A stretch of 63,367 bases of DNA, taken from an uncultured Methanosarcinales archaeon (lineage in GTDB: Archaea; Nanobdellota; Nanobdellia; Woesearchaeales; ARS49). The notes under the pieces are model-generated. The model worked only from the letters and a program-made list of their open reading frames with translations. It was not told where the DNA came from and made no database searches. Shown piece after piece: positions 43,063-49,711 of the stretch. The translations under genes were made by a program, and so were the position numbers. The DNA is taken from the NCBI GenBank assembly GCA_964362535.1, contig CAYIEN010000006.1:1-63367 (forward strand). The letters run 5' to 3'. Within the stretch, counting starts at the first letter, position 1. The number at the start of each line of letters is the position of its first letter.

Positions 43063-44082
43063 TCAAAGACCCTCCCCCCCGTTTTCCTCGAAGTCGGGAT
43101 GGTCCCTGAGGAAATTCTTGAACTGTTCCCCGACGAAGTCGTCGGCAGACTGCAAATATTTCGCAGACGGTTTCAGTTCAAGTCGATGAGCGAGCACGCT
43201 AATGAGTGCGTCCGTGACGTCTTGCGCGGTCACAGACTTACGCTTTGATAAAAATGCATTTGCTTGGCTTCGTTCGTAAATACCGATCGAGGCACGCACG
43301 GATGGTTTCTTTTGGATGTCTTTGTGGTCTCTCAAGAGACGCACGAACATAAGTGCAAAAGTCAACAAATCATCGGGGAACGCAACCTGTAACGTTTGTC
43401 CTTTTGCAACGACAATTTGTTTTTCCAACTCAATGGTTTCAGGATAGCCCATGTGGATGATGTCGAATCTATCAAGGAACACGTCGGACAACTTTTCAGT
43501 AGCTGAAGTTTCAGGGTTCATGGTTCCGATAAAAATGAAGTTGGCGGGCAAATCAACGGAATAGCTTCCGAGCGTTGCTTTACCTTCTTCGAGAACCTGC
43601 AATAATGCGTTCTGCAATTTCTCCGGAGCTCGGTTCAATTCGTCGAAGAACAGGATGCCATTGTTGGCTTTGAACATTTTTCCGGGAGTGAATGCTTCCA
43701 AGCTGGTCGGACCGAACTTGAGTGCTTTGACCGGGTCGATGTCGCCCATCAAGTCTTCTGCAGTCAAGTCGGGACTTCCTTGGATTCTGATAAATCGTTC
43801 TTCGCCAGAAATTTTCTTGGTCTTCGGCTTCTTCCCGATGCACGCCGGACACAAGGGTGCTTTCGGGTCGCAGTGGTAGTCGCAATCATTAACAACTATT
43901 TCAGGAAGAAGCTGTGCAACGTTCTTCGCAAGTGTTGTCTTTCCGATGCCCGGCGGACCCAAGATAATGACATGTCTATTCATCAACAGAGCAGACTTCA
44001 GCTGTCGCTTTGTGCGTTCCTGTCCGAGGATGTCTCCAAAGACGTCTTTCAAAAACTGTGTTGCGAAGTTGTGTGTGACCAT
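43063..44082 (-). CDS. ChlI/BchI-like (MoxR-related) AAA+ ATPase
   Basis: Walker A ILGPPGIGKTT, Cys-containing insert NDCDYHCDP..LCPAC, Walker B GILFFDELNR, sensor region. Ends EENGGEGL* across a G7 tract. Confidence 0.8.
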   Translation of the reverse strand: MVTHNFATQFLKDVFGDILGQERTKRQLKSALLMNRHVIILGPPGIGKTTLAKNVAQLLPEIVVNDCDYHCDPKAPLCPACIGKKPKTKKISGEERFIRIQGSPDLTAEDLMGDIDPVKALKFGPTSLEAFTPGKMFKANNGILFFDELNRAPEKLQNALLQVLEEGKATLGSYSVDLPANFIFIGTMNPETSATEKLSDVFLDRFDIIHMGYPETIELEKQIVVAKGQTLQVAFPDDLLTFALMFVRLLRDHKDIQKKPSVRASIGIYERSQANAFLSKRKSVTAQDVTDALISVLAHRLELKPSAKYLQSADDFVGEQFKNFLRDHPDFEENGGEGL

Positions 44083-44616
44083 TTATGCCCTCTGTTGTTG
44101 ATGTTGTTCGTATGCGTAAAGTAATTTGTACAAGTGGGAGATGGTGATGAAGTGTGCGTCGAGTTCGCGCTGTATTTGTTCCAGTTCTGTTTTAGTTGCG
44201 AGTTTTTGTTTGAGCAAGTCTGCTCCGAGCAGGGTGAGCTTTTTTCGGAGAAGTAGGTTGAACGCGGTGTAGCGTGCTTGAAGAAGGATGGAGAGCGGGT
44301 CTTCGGCGTCGATAGCACGCCATTCAGGGGTTAAATAGTATAGGGCGTCAACAAGTTCTGCGCGTGCTTTTGACAATGCATCCGCGCCGGTGAGTGAAGG
44401 TAAGTCAAGATCGTATTTTGCAATAAGTGATTGAATGGAGGCAGTTTTGGGTAGCGCTCGATTGATAACGAGAAGATGTCCGGCGCCTAAAAAAGAGATA
44501 GTTTCTTCGATTTGTCGCTGGTGGTCTTTATTTGCACGGATGACTTTTGCAACGGCATCACGCGGATTACCTGAAAGACCATGCAGAAGGTTTGCGACAG
44601 CGGAAAGGAGTGTCAT
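44083..44616 (-). CDS. Hypothetical helical protein, first gene of the ChlI-like/vWA operon
   Basis: 178 aa from ATG 44616, 25 nt after a minus-strand GGTATATAAA. Its stop abuts the ATPase start (TAAATG). Confidence 0.4.
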   Translation of the reverse strand: MTLLSAVANLLHGLSGNPRDAVAKVIRANKDHQRQIEETISFLGAGHLLVINRALPKTASIQSLIAKYDLDLPSLTGADALSKARAELVDALYYLTPEWRAIDAEDPLSILLQARYTAFNLLLRKKLTLLGADLLKQKLATKTELEQIQRELDAHFITISHLYKLLYAYEQHQQQRA

Positions 44617-44640
44617 AGAATAGATGCGATGCCTAGGGCC

Positions 44641-44650
44641 TTTATATACC
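44641..44650 (-). promoter_or_regulatory. TATA box of the ChlI-like operon
   Basis: GGTATATAAA on the minus strand, 25 nt upstream of ATG 44616. Confidence 0.45.
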
Positions 44651-44687
44651 TTCGGGTGGTTTTGCCCTATAATATAGTGTCCAAACC

Positions 44688-44696
44688 TTTTTAAAG
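44688..44696 (+). promoter_or_regulatory. TATA box of topA
   Basis: CCAAACC-TTTTTAAAG, 24 nt upstream of ATG 44720. Confidence 0.45.
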
Positions 44697-44719
44697 TACG
44701 GGCTGCCTTGTGTGTGTCA

Positions 44720-47026
44720 ATGGTTGAACTTATCATTACGGAAAAGCCGAATGCGGCCAAAAAGATAGCGGAAGCATTGGCAGATGGCAAGGCGACAAAG
44801 CAGGGGATGGGCGCGCCGTACTACACCCTAAAACACAAGGGCAAGGACATTATTGTTACGTGCGCCGTTGGTCACTTATACGGTCTTGCAGAAAAGGTCA
44901 AAACCAAGGGTTTCCAGTATCCGGTGTTTGACATCCAATGGGTTCCTACGAGTGATATTTCTCGCGGTGCAGCGTTTTCAAAGAAGTATCTTGACGAAAT
45001 CAAATCGTTAGCGAAAACCGCGGATACCTTTACGGTGGCAACGGACTACGACGTTGAGGGAGAAGTTATTGGGTTGAACATCGTAAAGTATGCGTGCAAA
45101 CAGAAGGACGCGCACCGCATGAAGTTCAGCACCTTGACAAAGGAAGATTTGGTTGAGGCATACGCGAAGGCTCTTCCTCATTTGGACTGGCCGCAGGCAG
45201 AAGCTGGCGAAACCAGACACTTCCTTGACTTTTATTACGGTATCAATCTCTCTCGCGCATTGACGTCAGCCATCAAGACGTCAGGTATGTTCAAGATTCT
45301 TTCAACGGGTCGAGTGCAGGGTCCGGCGCTCAAAATGATTGTTGATAGAGAAAAAGAAATTTTGGCGTTCAAGCCCGTGCCGTTCTGGCAGATTGAATTA
45401 ACAGGCGAAGCAAAAAAGAAAGCGCTGAGTGCGTGGCACAAGGAGGATAAGTTCTGGGAAAAACAGAAAGCAGACGCTATTTTTGCAAAAGTCAGTAACG
45501 AAAAGAAGGCAAACGTCGCGAGCGTCACAAAGAAACAATTCAAACAGCAACCTCCCAATCCGTTCGACCTCACTACGCTCCAAACAGAATCCTACCGCTG
45601 TTTCGGTATCTCACCTAAGTTCACATTAGATCTTGCGCAAGACTTGTACACCGCAGGATTGATTTCGTATCCGCGAACGTCCAGCCAACAGTTGCCTCCC
45701 GCAATTGGTTTCGCAAAGATTATGAAAGACTTAAGTCGAAGCCCGACGTTCAAACCGCTCGCAGACATCACGCTTAAGGGTAAAATGCAGCCGAACAACG
45801 GCGCAAAGACAGACCCTGCACACCCAGCCATCTATCCGACTGGTATTCTTCCCAAATCGCTCGAAGACAGACCGGGTAAAGTCTACGACCTTATCGTAAA
45901 ACGATTCTTCGCCACGTTCGGTTCCGAAGCAACACGACAAACAATCACGGCAGAAATCGCAGTCAAGGGCGAACCATTTGTTGCATCCGGAACGACAACG
46001 CTTGAAAAGGGCTGGCACACGCTATACATGCCGTATGTTCCGTTTGGGGAAGATGAACTTCCGCCGATGGAACAGAATGATGTTATTGACATTACTAAAT
46101 TCACGCAGCATGCGAAAGAAACCCAGCCTCCGAAGCGATTTACGGAAGCCAGCATTATCAAGGAGTTGGAAAAGCGCAATCTCGGCACGAAGGCAACCCG
46201 CGCAAACATTGTCGAAACATTGTACGATCGAAACTATATCACTGGCAAAGCCATCCAAGCTACTGAGTTAGGCATTCACATTACTGACGTTCTTGCATCA
46301 AACGTTCCCGAAATTGTGGACGAACACCTCACGAAGAAGTTCGAAGATGAGATGGACCAGATTCGCGAGCACAAGATGAAGGGTCCCGTGATTTTGGATG
46401 ACGCAAAGAAGCTCTTGACCAAGATTCTTGAGGCGTTCAAGAAGAAGGAAGTCGCGATTGGCGAAGGTCTGAAGACGACGTTCCAAGACACACGAACCAG
46501 CTTAACCCGTGTCGGTAAGTGTCCGAAATGCACAGCTGGTTTCCTCGTCCTAAAGAAGGGCAAGTTTGGCAAGTTTATTGCCTGCGACACGTATCCGACG
46601 TGCACAGCCACGTTCAAGCTCCCGACAAACGGATTAACGCAAGTCACGGACAAGATTTGCGATGTGTGTACGCACCCTGTTATTCTCATCATTAAGAAGG
46701 CAAAGAAGCCGCAAGAAGTCTGCATCAACCCTGACTGTCCAAAGAAGATTATTGATGTCTCAAGCGTTGTCGGCACAAAGTGTCCGAAGTGCGGCCTCGG
46801 TAAACTCCTCGTCAGAAAGAGTGTCTACGGCCAATTCATTGCGTGCGACGCCTTCCCGAAGTGCCGATTCATCCAGAAGGCCGACCGCGTTGTGAAGAAC
46901 GCAAACCCTGTGATTATGCCCGGCTCAACCGTTCCTGCAAGCCCCGAAACAACACCTGCATTGATGAAAATCGTTAATCCAAAGCCCGCAAAACCCATCA
47001 AGAAAGCAAAGGCGAAGAAGAAGTAA
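44720..47026 (+). CDS. topA: DNA topoisomerase I (type IA) with three C-terminal zinc ribbons
   Basis: Toprim MVELIITEKPNAAKKIA, DYDVEGE, catalytic-Tyr region GLISYPRTSS, C-terminal CPKC..CDTYPTC / CDVC..CINPDC / CPKC..CDAFPKC. Confidence 0.9.
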   Translation: MVELIITEKPNAAKKIAEALADGKATKQGMGAPYYTLKHKGKDIIVTCAVGHLYGLAEKVKTKGFQYPVFDIQWVPTSDISRGAAFSKKYLDEIKSLAKTADTFTVATDYDVEGEVIGLNIVKYACKQKDAHRMKFSTLTKEDLVEAYAKALPHLDWPQAEAGETRHFLDFYYGINLSRALTSAIKTSGMFKILSTGRVQGPALKMIVDREKEILAFKPVPFWQIELTGEAKKKALSAWHKEDKFWEKQKADAIFAKVSNEKKANVASVTKKQFKQQPPNPFDLTTLQTESYRCFGISPKFTLDLAQDLYTAGLISYPRTSSQQLPPAIGFAKIMKDLSRSPTFKPLADITLKGKMQPNNGAKTDPAHPAIYPTGILPKSLEDRPGKVYDLIVKRFFATFGSEATRQTITAEIAVKGEPFVASGTTTLEKGWHTLYMPYVPFGEDELPPMEQNDVIDITKFTQHAKETQPPKRFTEASIIKELEKRNLGTKATRANIVETLYDRNYITGKAIQATELGIHITDVLASNVPEIVDEHLTKKFEDEMDQIREHKMKGPVILDDAKKLLTKILEAFKKKEVAIGEGLKTTFQDTRTSLTRVGKCPKCTAGFLVLKKGKFGKFIACDTYPTCTATFKLPTNGLTQVTDKICDVCTHPVILIIKKAKKPQEVCINPDCPKKIIDVSSVVGTKCPKCGLGKLLVRKSVYGQFIACDAFPKCRFIQKADRVVKNANPVIMPGSTVPASPETTPALMKIVNPKPAKPIKKAKAKKK

Positions 47027-47482
47027 TTACCATCTTGTTTTCAATGTCATCTCCTTTTCCATAACCTGTTTCGTTCCAAGAGAAATATTCACAACCGCCC
47101 GTCTTGTTTTCGTGCACGCATCCACTAATTTGTGCACTTCTGTTACAAATCCAGCATCGTGCAGTTTAGAAATAGTCACGACCTGTCGTTGCGATAATGC
47201 CTCATGTCCTAATTTGCATTCAACAAACTTAAACTGTTTAGTGGCAGAATTGTAGCAGAGAAAGTCAGGCATGCCGTGATGTACAGACGAAAGGTAACAA
47301 AGTCGCTGAACAGTATCTTCATTAGTCAACTCTTTCAGCAACCCGAAAAGAAAGTCATACTTTTTCTTAACGGATGGAAAATAACCAGAAGCAGCATGCA
47401 AGAATCCTCCTCTCCAGACTTGCCAGCCTTGTTTCTCCAATCGTCGCCTAAGTTGTAATTCCGACAATCCTCGTCGGGTCAT
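47027..47482 (-). CDS. VRR-NUC domain nuclease (stand-alone)
   Basis: GMPDFLCYN...FKFVECKLGHEALSQRQ (PD-ExK core). Start set at ATG 47482; the longer track ORF would abut the divergent gene. Confidence 0.6.
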   Translation of the reverse strand: MTRRGLSELQLRRRLEKQGWQVWRGGFLHAASGYFPSVKKKYDFLFGLLKELTNEDTVQRLCYLSSVHHGMPDFLCYNSATKQFKFVECKLGHEALSQRQVVTISKLHDAGFVTEVHKLVDACTKTRRAVVNISLGTKQVMEKEMTLKTRW

Positions 47483-47675
47483 GTAAGGATAGTTGCGTAT
47501 CGGGACGTAGATGGTGGTTATTTTGAGTCCGAATTCTAGGAGGGAAGTCTGGCGCACAAAAAACAAAGCACTGGCCACCTTCAAATATGCTGGGCGTCTC
47601 CTTGTCCAGTGTCTTGTGACAATCAAATAAATGACCACACAAATCTTAATAAACTGGAAATAAAACAAATTATCC

Positions 47676-47897
47676 ATGTCATGTCCAAGATGTCAAGCAG
47701 TAACTGGTTCGAACGACACCTTCTGCGCTCAATGCGGTTCTCCAGTACAATCGGGCGGTCAGCATTCCGAATTAATTGATGAAAGTCCAGAAAATGACGT
47801 CGTCTCCACCTGCGATAAGTGCGGTGGCGGAATAACTGAAGACCAGCATTATTGTCCGACGTGTGGCGCTCCTGTTTTCACGGATGAAAGCGAGTAA
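47676..47897 (+). CDS. Double zinc-ribbon protein
   Basis: CPRC..CAQCG and CDKCG..CPTCG. 73 aa. TTAATAAA about 20 nt upstream. Confidence 0.5.
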   Translation: MSCPRCQAVTGSNDTFCAQCGSPVQSGGQHSELIDESPENDVVSTCDKCGGGITEDQHYCPTCGAPVFTDESE

Positions 47898-47956
47898 TTC
47901 TTTGCGTATACGCTACCACAATAAACCTTTTAAACACTTGCCACTCTGCAAGAGTC

Positions 47957-48370
47957 ATGGATGAGCGTCGTAAACAGTTGAAGAAGGACATGGAGTCCTA
48001 CATTTCGACGCGTAGGAAGAGCGATTGGAGCTTTACAAAGCCGTTTCACCCTACAATCCAGGAATATAAACCAAAACAAGAGGAATCTGCCGTGGAAAAT
48101 ACTGAAGTAACTGAAAAGAAGGGTTGGTTTTCCAAGGTATCGAGTAAGATTTTCGGCGAAGCCGCTGATGAAGCTACGGAAGACGTTCCAGCAGCTCAGG
48201 TTCATTCTCAAATCAGCTCAAGTGAAACACATACGGACTTGAAGGAATTAGCAAGAATTTCTTTGGGTGTTATGAAGCAGATGCCGGGCGAACAAATTCA
48301 CGAGTTCAAGCAGTCTCCGGATTACGACAAGTTCAAAACGATTTTGAAGAAGCACAACCTCATCAAATGA
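47957..48370 (+). CDS. Hypothetical charged protein
   Basis: 137-aa ORF, leaderless after CCTTTTAAAC. Overlaps the next gene (ATGA). Confidence 0.4.
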   Translation: MDERRKQLKKDMESYISTRRKSDWSFTKPFHPTIQEYKPKQEESAVENTEVTEKKGWFSKVSSKIFGEAADEATEDVPAAQVHSQISSSETHTDLKELARISLGVMKQMPGEQIHEFKQSPDYDKFKTILKKHNLIK

Positions 48371-48612
48371 GACTGCTTCCCGCCTTGATTCTTTTATTGA
48401 TTATTGCAGTATTTCTTGTTGCGTGTACGACAACCCCTTCTGTTCCGAATACGCCTGCAAACGGCGGCGGCATTAGCGGTGGCGAAGAAAAGCCGAGCTG
48501 TATCTGCACGGCAAATTACGACCCTGTGTGCGGCAGTGACGGCAAAACATACAGCAATTCTTGCGCCGCAAACTGCGCAAAAGTCACCTCAACGCCTGGC
48601 GAATGCATCTAG
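48367..48612 (+). CDS. Secreted lipobox protein with Kazal-type serine-protease-inhibitor domain
   Basis: LLLIIAVFLVAC signal/lipobox, then CICTANYDPVCGSDGKTYSNSCAANCAKVTSTPGEC, the Kazal C..YxPVCGxDGxTYxNxC pattern. Confidence 0.65.
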   Translation: MRLLPALILLLIIAVFLVACTTTPSVPNTPANGGGISGGEEKPSCICTANYDPVCGSDGKTYSNSCAANCAKVTSTPGECI

Positions 48613-48629
48613 ATTTCGTTAGGGTAAGT

Positions 48630-49514
48630 TTAGTTCTTCCACCACAATAATCCGTTCTTATCAGAAATTTTCAGTTCAGTTCCATCAGTAGAAAGCGTGA
48701 GTGTTCCTTTTTGATCCGTTCGAAACACCGCATCAGTATACGCTCCCAAACGGTCAAGTGCGTAAGGTGAAGGATGGCCGTACGAGTTTTTTACGCCGAC
48801 AGACACAATGACGGCAGAAGGCGTGACTTCCGACAAGAAAGTATCAGTACTGCTTGTGCTGCTTCCGTGATGCCCTGCCTTATACACGTCAACATTCACG
48901 TCTTCAGTCTCTTGCAAAGTCTTTTCACAATTGAATTCACAATCGCCGGTAAACAGCAGTGATCGAGAACCATACGTCAATTTCAAAACTATGCTGTTTT
49001 CGTTGGTGTCTTTGTCCATGCCATCGTCATCATACGCAGCCATAAGTCTCAAACCAACGCTTGGATCGAAAGCAAGATCTTCGTCATCGAGCAAAATACG
49101 ATACTCGCGAAGTTGTGCTTCAGTCACAAAATCAGAGTAGGCTTTGGTGTCTTTGCCTTGTCCATTCTCTAAAACAGACACAACAGGAATGCCGCGCATG
49201 ACTTCATCGCAAGCACCCATGTGGTCGGCGTCAGCGTGTGTCGCAATCAGCAAATCAATAGATTTCGTCCGTTTCTTGACAACAGAAAGAACCTCATCGC
49301 CCTTCCCAGTATTCCCACAATCAATCAGGATGGTTTTGTGGTTAGGCAGTACAATGAGGGTACTATCTCCTTGTCCGACGTCAATATAGTCGACCCAGAG
49401 CGTTCCTGAGGGTGATTCTAAAGGAATGGTAACCTCGCCTGAAGGTGTCTGAGAAGCGAACTGACAGCCCATTAAAAGTGTCAGCGCGTATAAGAACATG
49501 AACCCCTTATGCAT
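48630..49514 (-). CDS. Exported metallo-beta-lactamase-fold protein, ComEC C-terminal-domain type
   Basis: Lipobox LTLLMGC, YIDVGQGDSTLIVLPN..ILIDCG, THADADHMG, YKAGHHGS. Leaderless after a minus-strand CTTTTATAG. Confidence 0.75.
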   Translation of the reverse strand: MHKGFMFLYALTLLMGCQFASQTPSGEVTIPLESPSGTLWVDYIDVGQGDSTLIVLPNHKTILIDCGNTGKGDEVLSVVKKRTKSIDLLIATHADADHMGACDEVMRGIPVVSVLENGQGKDTKAYSDFVTEAQLREYRILLDDEDLAFDPSVGLRLMAAYDDDGMDKDTNENSIVLKLTYGSRSLLFTGDCEFNCEKTLQETEDVNVDVYKAGHHGSSTSSTDTFLSEVTPSAVIVSVGVKNSYGHPSPYALDRLGAYTDAVFRTDQKGTLTLSTDGTELKISDKNGLLWWKN

Positions 49515-49600
49515 AGAGGGTATAAGGGCGAACGGCTATAAAAGAGTAGTGAGTGGGAAGAACAACCCATTTAAGATACTACTTTCAAGTGCTAATAGAC

Positions 49601-49615
49601 CGAAACCTTTATATA
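49601..49615 (+). promoter_or_regulatory. Promoter-like CGAAACCTTTATATA with no ORF behind it
   Basis: Matches the local BRE/TATA consensus in plus orientation. The nearest genes on both sides are on the minus strand, and gene 48630 has its own closer TATA. Confidence 0.3.
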
Positions 49616-49675
49616 GGTCATAGACTCTATTTGAGTAGTAACAGTTGATATTCATCTTGACTATCACCTCTTTTT

Positions 49676-49709
49676 CCCGCGCGTACGCCCGCAAGGACGT
49701 ACGCTCGGG
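49676..49709. other. Strong GC hairpin (GCGTACG-N10-CGTACGC, extendable) 3 nt beyond the stop of gene 49712
   Basis: 7 perfect bp plus 4 more after one mismatch. No long T run follows on either strand. Confidence 0.5.
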
Positions 49710-49711
49710 TT

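Noticed and set aside
44617-44790. N-terminal 58 codons of track ORF 44083-44790.
   Set aside because: It would overlap the topA start and both divergent TATA boxes. ATG 44616 has the canonical 25-nt TATA spacing.
47483-47677. Hydrophobic N-terminal extension of the VRR-NUC ORF.
   Set aside because: It would put the start back-to-back with the divergent zinc-ribbon gene, leaving no promoter. VRR-NUC domains of this size are complete from ATG 47482. This remains uncertain without TSS data.
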